A stretch of DNA of 63,899 nucleotides, filler included, from Neophaeotheca triangularis (taxonomy: Eukaryota): NCBI GenBank assembly GCA_054600435.1. It is 4 parts of 4 records of this genome, joined end to end, with 100 filler letters (N's around TTAATTAATTAA, not from the genome) between each part and the next. Parts side by side here need not be neighbours in the genome. Positions count along the whole stretch, not along the records: positions 27,263 to 52,628 come from BAAIJX010000112.1; 3 more parts are not named here. One strand, 5' to 3'. Every line of letters starts with the position of its first letter. Position 1 is the stretch's first letter. The notes under the pieces were generated by a model, which saw only the letters and a list, made by a program, of their open reading frames with translations, had not been told where the DNA came from and searched no databases. The position numbers and the translations under genes were made by a program. Positions 33,729 through 44,826 of this stretch are shown piece by piece.

Positions 33729-35656
33729 ATGCGTTACGCCACCGCTTTCGCTGCCTTGAGCGCTCTTGCTCAGGCAAGCCCCATCCACCGCCGCGCACCG
33801 TGTGACCCACAGCCCCCGGGTGCTCCTGGAGCTCCGGTCCCGAGCCCCAACACGGCAGCAGGGTTTCGAAACAGTGCTGAACTTGAGGACCTTGCAAACA
33901 ACGCTCCCGTTCCTGAAGGCTACGAGGTTGCGTACAGTAACTTGGACGCTTCTAGCAAGTAAGAAAAGCGCTTCTTGCTTTCTTCGATAACCACTAATAA
34001 AAATGTAGCGAGCCTTCTGGATACTTGACGTTCCAAGCCGTCAACGTTTATGACCCTAGCGTCTGTGCCGCACGTTGCGACTCCATCTCTGGCTGTCAAT
34101 CTTTCAACATCTACTTCCAGCGCTCTCCTAGCATCGAGCCGGGTTTTGACGAATGTTCAGACCCCGGGGCCGTCGTCTACATTCACTGTGGTTTCTGGAG
34201 TAGCGACATTTCCGTCGCCAACGCCGTCAACACTGGTCAATTCCGCGCCGACTTTGAGGTGCTCATTAGTGGCTCCAACGGTTACAACAGAGTCGGGGAG
34301 CCTGAGACCACCACTTTCGAGCCCACTCCTGAGCCGACTGCCGAGCCCATCCCAACTACCACTGCGACTGTAGTTGACCCGGAGCCCACCACCGAGACTG
34401 TGATTGACCCCGAGCCTACCGAGACCGACACTCTTCCCCCAGTTCTTCCACCAGTCGAGACCGAGACCGAGACTGTTGTGCCCGAACCCACTCAGACTCT
34501 CCCGCCAGTTGAGCCTCCGGTCTTGACTGAAACGGAGACCGTCCCCCTACCAGAGCCTACTGAGACTTTGTTCCCCACCGAGACTGAGACTGTCATTCCA
34601 GTTCCTACTGTCACTGAAACTGAGACTGTCTTGCCCCCGGTTGAGACTGAGACGGAGACTGTCCCCCCAGTTGACCTCCCTACCGAGACTGAGACTCTTG
34701 TGACTGAGACTGAGACTCTGCCTCCGATTGTGACCGAGACCGAGACACTGCCTCCGATCGCGACTGAGACCGAGACCCTGCCTCCGATCGTGACCGAGAC
34801 CGAGACCCTGCCTCCGATCGCGACTGAGACCGAGACCCTGCCTCCGATCGTGACCGAGACCGAGACCCTGCCTCCGATCGCGACTGAGACCGAGACACTG
34901 CCTCCGATCGTGACTGAGACCGAGACACTGCCTCCCATCGTGACTGAGACTGAGACCCTGCCTCCGATCGTGACCGAGACCGAGACTCTGCCTCCTATCG
35001 TGACTGAGACCGAGACCGAGACTCTGCCTCCGTTTGTGACCGAGACTGAGACCCTCATTACTACGACGGAGACTCTGCCTCCGGTTGTCACTGGGACTGA
35101 GACGGTGCCTCCTGTCGCGACCGAGACCGAGACTGAGACTGAAGCTGTGCCGACCTTGACAACATCCCTCCCAGGACCTGGTCCCACTTGCGCGCCTCAG
35201 CCTCCTAGCGCTCCAGGTGCTCCTGTGATCGTCCCGAACACCCCTGCAGGTTTCCGGGACAGCGCTGCTATCGACGACCTTTCGTTGAACGCTCCTGTTC
35301 CAGCCGGCTACTCGCAGACCTTCGAGAACCTCGATGCCTCTAACAATGCTCCCGGCTACCTGACCTACCAAGAGGTTGGCGCTTATGAGCCCGCTGTGTG
35401 CGCGGCGCGCTGCGAAACCCTCACCGGGTGTTTGTCGTTCAACATCTACCTGCAGCGCAACCCAAGCGTGGATCCTAACAGCCCGGAGTGTCTTAACCCA
35501 CCAGCAAATGTCAACATTTTCTGTGCTTTCTGGTCCAGCGACATCTCGGTAGCCAACGCCAACAACTTTGGCCAATTCCGTGGCGACTTCCAGGTTCTTA
35601 TCGGAGGAGCCAACGGCTACTCGAGGATTGACGGACCTGTTGGTAGCGAGGCTTGA
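33729..35656 (+). CDS. Secreted protein: two homologous Cys-rich (PAN/apple-like) domains separated by a Thr/Glu/Pro repeat stalk; intron 33959-34008
   Basis: Signal peptide MRYATAFAALSALAQA followed by RR. Duplicated C.PQPP.APGAP...CAARC....GC.SFNIY.QR.PS...C.FWSSDISVANA.N.GQFR.DF.VLI.G.NGY domain. The GTAAGA...TAG intron restores the frame. Confidence 0.85.
34703..35002 (+). repeat. Coding minisatellite, 10 x 30 bp (TETETLPPI[V/A])
   Basis: Ten near-identical 30-nt units with looser copies on both sides. Confidence 0.95.
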
Positions 35657-36108
35657 GCAAGTGCCTACCTAACCCACAGCGGCACTTCGCAAATGCCGCA
35701 TTTTCGTAAATTTTGTTGAATACTTCAGCGCGGAATTTGGACAGCGGTAATAGATTCATTTAATGATGGGTTGGCAATGTCGCTGGGGAGGACATGCAAG
35801 TAATCTGCGCTTTGATAGCTTCAAGTCGTGGTGACGATTGTTGGTACGACACAATTCAAAATGATGAGATCACACATGATTGTATCGGTAATTTGCGTAA
35901 TCTGTTCACTGCTCGATAAATCACCATGCGATTGAGCATCATTGACATCGATGAGCATGCAAGCACTCAACACCGTGACCCAAATCTCCATCATTTCTCA
36001 GCCACGCTGCGCGTTGAAATATTGCGGGATGCCGACGAAGCCTCCGTGGTTCCGCAACGAATCCGGAGAGCCCGATAGACCCCGAGTTCCGTACGCATGG
36101 CTTCGGAC

Positions 36109-36386
36109 TTCCACGTCTGCGCCGCCATCTTCATATTCGGGAGTGCATACAGTCCGCAAGAGATTGGAAACCCCGGAGCCCCGTACACCTGATCACCATG
36201 GATGGCAAGTCTGCTGCCGGGCTCTTCCACGAGATCAAAGCCGACGTTCATGTGCCAATGTATTACGAAACCTCGGGCCACTTTACGCAATTTGAAGCAG
36301 AGCTTCGTGAAGTAACTGAACACGAAAGAATCGCGGGTAAGGTGTGCTGGCTGAAGGGCGGAAAAGCTGTGGAAGTCATTCAATGA
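36109..36386 (+). pseudogene. Frameshifted C-terminal remnant of a metallo-beta-lactamase-fold Zn hydrolase
   Basis: FHVCAAIFIFGSA...(frameshift)...LITMDGKSAAGLFHEIKADVHVPMYYETSGHFTQF...KVCWL resembles recalled fungal MBL hydrolases (ITMDG..A.LF.EIKAD.LVPMHYE.W.HFTQF). The His is replaced by Tyr and no intact N-terminus is present. Confidence 0.6.
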
Positions 36387-36620
36387 TACTTCCAAGGCGT
36401 ATAGGGTCACACGGAGACTGTGGTGTAGGGGGTTGTTTTTTTTTCTATGACTCCACACACTACTCACACGTTCAGATGTGGGCATCTATTCAGTAGAAGA
36501 AGGCACGAGGGAGTTCAGCCTTCGTGCGGTTGGTGTGCTTTTTTGCTAGCACTCGAGCTCCGTACACAGGATGAACATCGTGAGTAGGGCTTCAATACAT
36601 GATCTTCATACATAAAGTCG

Positions 36621-38768
36621 TCAAATGTCAAAGTTGCTGAACGGAAGGGTGTCCAGCTGCAGCCAAAGCTCGGGATCAAAGTCAAGATCGACACCATTCC
36701 AGTCGCCAGAAGGATGATCTATTGGCACCGACGCAGCATCACTGTAAGCATACCCATCAACCCCGGTATTTATCCCGGCCGCGGCATTCTCAGCAGTGGC
36801 CAGAGGCTCAGACCGCATAAGCACGCCGTGAGCCTCACGTTGCAGCTCCTCAAGAATGATACTGTACCTCAGCGTAGGGGCGTTCGATTGCGTCACCCTT
36901 GCCAGATGCGAGCCCACTTTTTCCGCTAGCTGAAAAAGCTCCATCTCGGAGTATTGCGAGTGCACGGCGGATAAACGGCCTCGTTTACGTTGCATGATCC
37001 AGACGTAGACCATGGAGAGGGCATTGAAGGTGACGTATTGCGTGTACCAGAAGGCTGGAAACATATACCGGTCGGCGACGAGGTCCATGACCATGTCAAG
37101 AACGAAGCGAGCGGCGGAGAGACACTTCTCCACGTGCTGTTGGATGGCGAGAGGCTCGGCTCGCTGGCTGAGGATAAGAGGGCGGTTGATTATCATCAAA
37201 GCGTGTGCGCAGGCTAGTTGGAGGACGTTGAGTTGGCGACGAAAGACAGGGATGAGGCTAGAAGGGTGAATGCCTCCGGAGAGAAAAAGTGGGAGGCGGT
37301 CTTTCCAATGGTCGACGTCGGTGGTGAGTCGTCTTGCCGTCTCTACTTGTTGCTGGTCTTTGGCGTGGCTTAGATGCGCTTGCTCGCGAGACGCCTCTTT
37401 GACGATGCGCATGAGCTGGGTGTGCATTACGGGCGCTGATTCGATGCAATCGCGTAGAAGGTTTCGCCGGACGATTGTGTCAGCGGTGATATCGTCGTCG
37501 TCGACTTGTTCTGGGTACTTCTGATCGACGTAGGTGTCATTGATGTAGGGCGGACGTCCAAGCATGACGCTGAGGTATGTGTCGAGCGTGTAGATTGCCC
37601 AGAAGCTTCGCTTCTGGCATTCCAGCAAGATGTTGTCCGCGCGGGTGTTAGCAACAGCTTTCCTCCGGTGCAATCCAAGAGCTACTACTAGTTGAAACGT
37701 CGTGCCCAGTGTGTACCAAGCTTGGTTCAGACGAGACGTATTAAGCTGGTACAAGGTGCTAGAAAGCCTCGCTTGCACGGACTCAAGAGTCGCTTTGCCT
37801 GCTTCGCCGCCGATTATCAGCTGCGCCGCTTGGTAGTACTTTTCTCCAGCATGCAAGGTATCAGAGTTGATGATTTGGTCCGAGGTGGCTTGTTCCTTGT
37901 CCAGGGGGTAGAGGCACGAAGTGGCGAGAGTCATCAATACGATAGCCTGGCGAATGGGCAAGATTTGCGGCTCACCAGTCTTTTGTCGGTCGTGAAACTG
38001 TCCCAGCCAAGTCATGAAAGTCGGCCGATGTAAGAAGCGGTAGGTAGGCGCGGCGAAGTCGAAGTATCTGGCTGCGAGCAAACTCGTCTGGCTGGAATCT
38101 GGAAGCTGGAGGTTCTTGGCATCCTCGATGGAAGCCGGTTTCCTGTCGCCGTACATGAAGATGGAGGAATCCTCGCGCGAGTCCAGCTGCTGCGCAGGGA
38201 CCGATTCAGCGACGCCAAACCGCCGCCATGCGCGCCGTAGAAAGCTGAATGTCGAGCTAGGTCCGTGAAACTGGCCAGATGGGGTGATGCCCTCTCCACT
38301 AGGCGAGCCTGCGCGAGAGGTGTTTGCGTTGGTTTGCTCGCCGCTTGCGACCGGCCCCGCAGTGTGGTGTCCTACGCCAGGCCAGACATGGTTGTGGGCT
38401 TGATCGTCTGCAAAGAAACTCGCAGGCGTTCCGGCGGCAGCGAACATGACCCCTTCTTGGTTCGACTTGCCCCGGCCATGCTTGGAGTCATATTTGCAAG
38501 CAAAATCACCGGCGAGACAGGCAGGGCATGGCTGCTCCCCATTGCATTTCCGTTTCCTCGACTTGCAGCTGTCACAGGCCCGACGGACTCGCCGGCGTTT
38601 CGATGGGGGTCCCTCGTCGTCGGCGCCCTCTTCCCCGGAGCCGGCGCTGCCCCCACGCGGGATGGCAGAAGTAGAGGACGCAGCACCACCGCCCGCATCG
38701 TCAGCGCCAGATATCGTTGGGCGGGCTGCGGGAGCAATGGCCGTCGATGGGCGGAGGGCAGTAGCCAT
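36621..38768 (-). CDS. Zn(II)2Cys6 transcription factor with fungal-specific TF domain
   Basis: RACDSCKSRKRKCNGEQPCPACLAGDFACKY binuclear cluster; ALGLHR...KRSFWAIYTLDTYLSVMLGRP. Likely ATG 38768; an in-frame ATG also lies further upstream. Confidence 0.92.
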   Translation of the reverse strand: MATALRPSTAIAPAARPTISGADDAGGGAASSTSAIPRGGSAGSGEEGADDEGPPSKRRRVRRACDSCKSRKRKCNGEQPCPACLAGDFACKYDSKHGRGKSNQEGVMFAAAGTPASFFADDQAHNHVWPGVGHHTAGPVASGEQTNANTSRAGSPSGEGITPSGQFHGPSSTFSFLRRAWRRFGVAESVPAQQLDSREDSSIFMYGDRKPASIEDAKNLQLPDSSQTSLLAARYFDFAAPTYRFLHRPTFMTWLGQFHDRQKTGEPQILPIRQAIVLMTLATSCLYPLDKEQATSDQIINSDTLHAGEKYYQAAQLIIGGEAGKATLESVQARLSSTLYQLNTSRLNQAWYTLGTTFQLVVALGLHRRKAVANTRADNILLECQKRSFWAIYTLDTYLSVMLGRPPYINDTYVDQKYPEQVDDDDITADTIVRRNLLRDCIESAPVMHTQLMRIVKEASREQAHLSHAKDQQQVETARRLTTDVDHWKDRLPLFLSGGIHPSSLIPVFRRQLNVLQLACAHALMIINRPLILSQRAEPLAIQQHVEKCLSAARFVLDMVMDLVADRYMFPAFWYTQYVTFNALSMVYVWIMQRKRGRLSAVHSQYSEMELFQLAEKVGSHLARVTQSNAPTLRYSIILEELQREAHGVLMRSEPLATAENAAAGINTGVDGYAYSDAASVPIDHPSGDWNGVDLDFDPELWLQLDTLPFSNFDI

Positions 38769-39238
38769 TGTCCTGGTAGCGATAACGTCCGGAAGCGTCC
38801 AAGCGGAAGACGTACAGGTCGAGCAGGTGATGTTGAGCCGGAGTGGAAGCTGGTGGGGGTGGGCGTGGTGGGGGAAAGAGCGGGATGCGGAGTGATCGGG
38901 GCTTCCTGCGCGGGACATTCCCGAAACCACTGACCAGTCTACTTCCGCGGAGCCGCATCGTCATCCGCCCCCTACCACACCCCGCCCGCCCGCTAGTTTT
39001 TCCACCTTCCCCCGTGTTTCCACCTTCCACTCCACCACTACTCCCTCCATCATGGTACCCGAGTCTCGACGCGCCCAACGGCAACGGGGTCGGCCTTTGG
39101 TCATCAAGGTACCACTCGGCTGGCCGTAGACAAAAAGGTAACGTCTTCCCGACATCTCCTGCCGTCTCTTTCCCTTCAACAAACAACGACCAAATACAAC
39201 TCCCACCCTAAACCCTCGACCACTCAACGACACACAAC

Positions 39239-40213
39239 ATGCCTCTCCAAGAAACCTTCACTCTCAACACCGGCGCCAAGATCCCCGCTGTAGGCTTCGG
39301 CACATGGCAGGCCGCGCCCCATGAGGTCGAAAATGCTGTCGAGGAGGCGCTCAAGCAAGGTTACCGCCACATCGACTGCGCAGCCATCTACCGTAACGAG
39401 AACGAAGTCGGCGCTGGCATCAGGAAATCAGGCGTCAACCGCAAAGACATCTTCATCACGGGCAAACTCTGGAACACCAATCACCGCCCCGAACACGTCG
39501 AGAAGGCCCTCGACAAGTCCCTCAAAGACCTTGACACCGACTACCTCGACCTGTATCTCATGCACTGGCCCACGGCCTTCAAGGCTGGCGACAAATGGTT
39601 CCCGCTCGACAGCCAAGGCGTTTTCCAACTCGATGACGTAGACCCCGCAGTCACCTACAAGGCCATGGAAAAGCTCCTCGACACGGGCAAAGTCAAGGCC
39701 ATTGGCATTTCCAACTTCACCGTGGCCGGCATGGAAGACCTGCTCAAGAAGACCTCCGTCGTGCCCGCTGTTAATCAAGTCGAAGCCCACCCTTACCTCC
39801 AGCAACCTGAACTGCTCAAGTTTTGCCAGGACAAGGGCATCCTGCTCGAAGCCTACTCGCCTCTGGGCAACAACCAGACCGGCGAGCCGCGCACAGTCGA
39901 CGACCCCCAAGTCCATGAAGTCGGCAAGGAGCTCGGCATGGACCCTGGTGTAGTGCTCGGCAGCTGGGGCGTACAGAGGGGAACCATTGTGCTTCCAAAG
40001 AGTGTCACGCCTTCGCGGATAGCTTCCAACCTAAAGGTCAAGGAGCTGCCCAAGGCATCGTTCGACAAGCTGAACAACCTAGAGAGGCATAAGCGTTTCA
40101 ACTTCCCAGGTGCTCGGTGGGGCCAAGACATCTTCGGTGAGAAGGGCGATGCTGAGATGAAGAAGGCTGCCCAGGAAGCTGGTGCGGAGAACAAGACCAA
40201 GTTCACTGTCTAG
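39239..40213 (+). CDS. Aldo-keto reductase (Gcy1/aldehyde reductase-like)
   Basis: GFGTW, GYRHIDCAAIY, LDLYLMHWP, AIGISNF, NQVEAHP and LPKSVTPSRI motifs. Confidence 0.95.
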   Translation: MPLQETFTLNTGAKIPAVGFGTWQAAPHEVENAVEEALKQGYRHIDCAAIYRNENEVGAGIRKSGVNRKDIFITGKLWNTNHRPEHVEKALDKSLKDLDTDYLDLYLMHWPTAFKAGDKWFPLDSQGVFQLDDVDPAVTYKAMEKLLDTGKVKAIGISNFTVAGMEDLLKKTSVVPAVNQVEAHPYLQQPELLKFCQDKGILLEAYSPLGNNQTGEPRTVDDPQVHEVGKELGMDPGVVLGSWGVQRGTIVLPKSVTPSRIASNLKVKELPKASFDKLNNLERHKRFNFPGARWGQDIFGEKGDAEMKKAAQEAGAENKTKFTV

Positions 40214-41184
40214 ACGGGTGACGATAGATTAATGTAAATAACGAAACTTGAGAAAATCGTTCGATACCAAATCATTCTATACCTCCCTCGTAACTCTCGT
40301 GTCAGGTGCCCACGCTCGAGTCATTACCACCTCAGAGCTAATGCGCTACCGCCACAACCATCAAGTATACTAGTAACCAAAACAGCCTCGGAAGCCGGGA
40401 CATGCAAGCGAATGAACCGCCCCTCCGAGCCTGCACAATCTCAGAACGATACCCCCCCCCCTGTTGCGCCAACCTACCATCGGTATGATTCCAACTCAAA
40501 CCCGCCCGCTGAACACCCTCGTCAGCATCAGCACCGGAAACCGCCAGCCTCTCGACAACAGCGCTCTTCACACCCTTCGGAGCTCCCAAAATTACCTTTC
40601 GCGCCGGCCGCTCACAGCTAGCAGTGCTACTATACTCTTCCATCTTCATCACGACGTACTTTGCTAGGGTTATCAGAGCATACTACAGACCCATGGTCAG
40701 CGCAAGGTGAGGTTCGGAGTACGCAGCCTGTAGAATCCCGATCACGCTCATCTAATCGCATGTCCACTGAGGATCTGGGTTGGTAAATGCGGAGGAACTG
40801 TCTTAAGTAGAAAGAAGAGTGTTAGAGATGTCATTGTTTATCCGTGATGACCCGGACCTACGAGAACAAGAAGACACATCGAAAACTAACTCTCATCTCA
40901 GTCTGAACCTATGAAACAACAGCACTCAGCAGTACCGCCCAGATCGGTGTACCACCGTCCCCTTGATCCATGTAGTACGAAAAGACGTAAACGTAGCCCC
41001 CAAACTCCGATTCGGTAATCTCGAGAGGTTTGTCAGATGTCCCCTTCATTCGTTCGTTATCGCAAGAAGAGTAGCTCTCACTCCCACCGCGGCCTGCGAA
41101 ACGCATCTCATTGCTCATTCCACATTACTCGGCGTCTTCCCTCACGAGCTCCCATACTCGTCCTCAGCTACCGTAGCGAAGCTC

Positions 41185-44100
41185 TCACCTCCCCTCACCC
41201 TCAGCAACCCTCCTGGCAACCCTCAAAAGCGTCGCGACTCCCTTTGCCGCAATCTCCGCATTCTGCTTCGCAGACGTCGCAGCTTGCAGAGCTGTCTCAG
41301 CCGAGAGCTGTGCCTCACGGGACCAGATAATGACATCGCTGAGCGCTTTGGCGAATACGAGCAACCGATGCTTCTTGGCTGGATCGGGCTCACGGCGGGC
41401 GCGCGCTTCACAGTCCAGGCTCCAAGCCTCGGCGGTGGCGGCCTCGTCAGCGTGGGCAAATTCGAGGATGTGTTGCGGTGGGGTCGTCATCGTCATCTCG
41501 GTGGCTTCGCCAGCCGGGTAGGCGGCGGTAGCCGGGGAGGCAGTGATCGAGGGACGCATGGGGGTGATGACACCGGGGTGGCGGGGCCTCGAGGTGATCG
41601 AAGTGGAGCGCGGTAGGGAAGATGGCGGCGGCTGCGAGAGCGTAGGCATCTTCACTGTTGGTGGGGTATGCGAGGTTCGAAGAGTAGAGCTTCCGAGAGT
41701 AGGAATTCCGGTCTTGGGAGAAGCGGTCTTCATCTTACTCTTATCAACGCGGGGCACAGGGGGAACGTCTTCGCTTTTGTCTTTCTTCGCGGAGAACAGC
41801 CCGGTCATCTTTTTGAGAACAAGGCGGCTTTTGGAACGCGACCTAGGCGTCTTCATGTCCTTGTCCTGGTGCCTTGAAGAAGCCTTGGAGCCAGAACCCC
41901 CACTTGAAGAGCGAGGGCCAAAGTTCGGAGGTGGTAAGATAGTCGGAATCGGAGACGGGTCCCTACCACGGCCGAAACCCCAAGGAGCGGCAATGCGTTC
42001 GGCCCCCATCCTCGAGATGCGCTCGCCAGCACGAGCGTGTTTGATCGAGCCTGGAACTTTCCTTGTTAGCTGACCTGGGTAAAAAGTCTGGCCTTCAGTG
42101 CTGATAGGAGGCGGTGTACTGTTATCTGCATCCCTGCTAGCACCTTCTTCGGTATTTGGTGGCGAAGAAGGCTTGGGTGACACGCGAGATGGATAGCCGA
42201 TGGAGCGAGCAGTATGTTCACCACGGTTGCCAGCCGACAGAACTGTGCTCGAGCCACGGGCGCGGGCTGCATAATCGGGGTATGTGTTTTGAGCAGATGT
42301 CGTTGGGTAAGGGTAGTCTGGCGGCGAGGGAGACTGAGCCGAAGACGTGGACTCTGACCACTTGCTTACCACCGGCTCCAAGCTAGCGCCCTTTGCGTCA
42401 TTCTGACGGGAAGAGCTGCGTTCTTCAGCACTGCTTGACGAGCCTTCATTGGCATCTTCGGAACGAGCAAGATACTGATTGGCAGTTGCAATGTTTTGAG
42501 CGAGCTCGAGGCTTTTGTTCTTTTTGTTGAGATCGTGGCGCAGATGACCAAAAGCCTCATTGAGTGTCTCATCATCCACACTCAGCATCGGAGCGTCAGC
42601 ATTGCCTTCGAGCATCGACAACGTGGTGTCAATATGGATTCTCGTGTCCTTATCCAAGCCACTGCCACCTCTTTCCGAAAGCAATCCGTCCTCGTGCTGA
42701 ACGTTGCGCAGCGCCTCCCTCATTGATCGCTTCGTATTTGGCGTGAGAGATACCGGATCAATGACGCCGGCATCGCGCTCTGCACCGGCAGATGTAGCCT
42801 CCAGCATCGAAAGACGTCTGACTAGATTCGAGTGGGCATCCAATAGAGGTTGACGATCGGCGATGGAATGAACGAACCCATCATCGTCGACTCCCTTAGT
42901 ACTGGACTCCGACTTCTTCTCCAACGGGAGAGCTGCCTGCGATTTGATGGCCTCCAACGGCGCTGTGTAGATACTGTTCGACGGTGGACCGTGCAAATAC
43001 GACCTCGTCGTATAGTAAATATCTGCAGAAGAAGAGCGGTTAGATGACCTTGAGATCGAGCTATGCCTCAGAGGAGCTGGCACAAGGGAGGTGCGATGCC
43101 TACGGTCAGTCGGCGTAGTGACTTCATCTTCATCCGACTCGCTGAAACCGATGGTACCCTCGGGCGAGCTCGTTGGAAAGCGATCTAGACCAGTTGGCTG
43201 TCTTTTGAGGACATGCTGCTCTGAGTCTGAGACGTCCTCCTCGCCATCACGACTTTGCTTCTGTCTCCTCTTTACTCCCTCGTCGAGAATGCGCAGAGCA
43301 CCAGGAGCGTCGACGCGGCGACTGCCAAAGTTGAGGCCAGTGTCCGAGGTAGGTGAAGATACATCCGACGAAGGTCTGCTCTTGATGTCGACAAGCGTGG
43401 CCTTCTTTGGATCTGCCAGGGGAATACGCGAAGCCGTCTTTGGCACTTGGGGAGTGTCAGCGGTCATGTCGCTTGCAAAAGACATCATACTCATTGCACT
43501 GGAGTTGCGACCTGAGGGACGAGGTTTCGAGAAGTTGAGTGGCTGCGGGCTGTAGGCGCGCTCGTCTTCACCTGGGGGAGCTGGTGTTTTAGCATAGCCA
43601 CTCATACGGTGAGAACGAATCTCACTTGCAAGAGCAGAGACTGGCATACCTGTAGTCGGTTCATGAGTCATGGAGCCAGAGCGCAGCACCGGAGTCGCTG
43701 GCACATCTCGCTCTGCGTTGCTAGCGACGCTGGTGCCTGCCACAGTGCGTGCAACCCTGTATGTGCGTGGGCCGCTGGTAGCCTCCGAAGCAGATAGGCG
43801 AGGGTAGCGCTCGTTGCTGTGAGATGGCGGCGGGGGAGCGGATCGTTCTGGGTGTGGAGGAACAGGGGTGCTAGGCTGGCGGATCTCGGCAACGCTGGTG
43901 TAGGAGGAATAAGACGAGGCTCGAGAAGGATCTTCATCGGCAGTGCCATCCAGAGTTAGTGACAACCCTGCACGGGCGATGAACTCATCCTCACCTGACG
44001 CCATAGCATTGGACGCTTCTTTTGCGCGCTTCTGAATGCCCCTGGTCTGTGCGAGGTGGCCAGCTCGGTGTCTTCCACTGGTGCTGGAACTGGCGGAGTT

Positions 44101-44826
44101 GGGTGTCAAGGTCGGCCACTCATGCTGCGCATTACCGATCTGGATACGCAGTGGCTTCTCGCTGGCGTCGAGGAGACACCTGCTGTCCTTGGAGGGGCTC
44201 ATGGTATTGGCAAGGGAGGCTATCGGGCGGGAAGGGAGCGCCTTGTCGATGTTGCGTGAGGAGCTACTCGCTGGCGTTCCCGAGCGCGATGATGAAGACT
44301 CTTCAGGCTGGACTTGATTAGCCTTGCGCAAGCGAAACGACTGCGTAATCTGGCTCACCACGCTGCGCTCAGCCATGTTGACAGGACTTGGCGTCGCGTA
44401 CTTTTGTGATTTGGGGTTGGGATGCCTTGCTGCCTCTCGTGCGGCACGTTCGTTGGAGGCTACGCGGTCAGCCACCCGCGAAGCCCATTTGCTGGTAGTT
44501 GCAGGACTAGTACTGGGTGTAGAGGTCGAGGTCTTGCGCGGAAGCTTGGAGTTGGCCTGCGCAGTGGCCTTGACAGGCTGCGACGAGATGGGAGTGGCGA
44601 GCCTGGTAGCGGATGGACTGCTCTTGGCAGCAGAGGCCTTAGTTTGGGCTAAGAGACGCGAGGGCACAGGTGGCGTAGTGGTAGTTGCGGCAGAGCGAGG
44701 CGAGGGCCTCACGTTCTCTATCCCCATGTTGTTACCAGCCGTAGAGGAAGCGTGTGAGAGGCGCTTGGGTTGTGGCGTAGTGTGAGAGATGTTATTGGAG
44801 TGTTCGTTGACGGGCATGGCGGGCAT
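41185..44826 (-). CDS. Large Ser/Pro-rich hypothetical protein with a helical C-terminal region
   Basis: Uninterrupted frame of about 1200 codons; first ATG 44826; no recognised domain. Confidence 0.75.
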   Translation of the reverse strand: MPAMPVNEHSNNISHTTPQPKRLSHASSTAGNNMGIENVRPSPRSAATTTTPPVPSRLLAQTKASAAKSSPSATRLATPISSQPVKATAQANSKLPRKTSTSTPSTSPATTSKWASRVADRVASNERAAREAARHPNPKSQKYATPSPVNMAERSVVSQITQSFRLRKANQVQPEESSSSRSGTPASSSSRNIDKALPSRPIASLANTMSPSKDSRCLLDASEKPLRIQIGNAQHEWPTLTPNSASSSTSGRHRAGHLAQTRGIQKRAKEASNAMASGEDEFIARAGLSLTLDGTADEDPSRASSYSSYTSVAEIRQPSTPVPPHPERSAPPPPSHSNERYPRLSASEATSGPRTYRVARTVAGTSVASNAERDVPATPVLRSGSMTHEPTTGMPVSALASEIRSHRMSGYAKTPAPPGEDERAYSPQPLNFSKPRPSGRNSSAMSMMSFASDMTADTPQVPKTASRIPLADPKKATLVDIKSRPSSDVSSPTSDTGLNFGSRRVDAPGALRILDEGVKRRQKQSRDGEEDVSDSEQHVLKRQPTGLDRFPTSSPEGTIGFSESDEDEVTTPTDRRHRTSLVPAPLRHSSISRSSNRSSSADIYYTTRSYLHGPPSNSIYTAPLEAIKSQAALPLEKKSESSTKGVDDDGFVHSIADRQPLLDAHSNLVRRLSMLEATSAGAERDAGVIDPVSLTPNTKRSMREALRNVQHEDGLLSERGGSGLDKDTRIHIDTTLSMLEGNADAPMLSVDDETLNEAFGHLRHDLNKKNKSLELAQNIATANQYLARSEDANEGSSSSAEERSSSRQNDAKGASLEPVVSKWSESTSSAQSPSPPDYPYPTTSAQNTYPDYAARARGSSTVLSAGNRGEHTARSIGYPSRVSPKPSSPPNTEEGASRDADNSTPPPISTEGQTFYPGQLTRKVPGSIKHARAGERISRMGAERIAAPWGFGRGRDPSPIPTILPPPNFGPRSSSGGSGSKASSRHQDKDMKTPRSRSKSRLVLKKMTGLFSAKKDKSEDVPPVPRVDKSKMKTASPKTGIPTLGSSTLRTSHTPPTVKMPTLSQPPPSSLPRSTSITSRPRHPGVITPMRPSITASPATAAYPAGEATEMTMTTPPQHILEFAHADEAATAEAWSLDCEARARREPDPAKKHRLLVFAKALSDVIIWSREAQLSAETALQAATSAKQNAEIAAKGVATLLRVARRVAEGEGR

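Noticed and set aside
34703..35002. 30-bp repeats as a CRISPR array
   Set aside because: No unique spacers; the repeats are in-frame coding units in a eukaryotic gene.
40338..41118. Short ORFs between the AKR and the large hypothetical gene
   Set aside because: No recognisable motifs or convincing gene structure.
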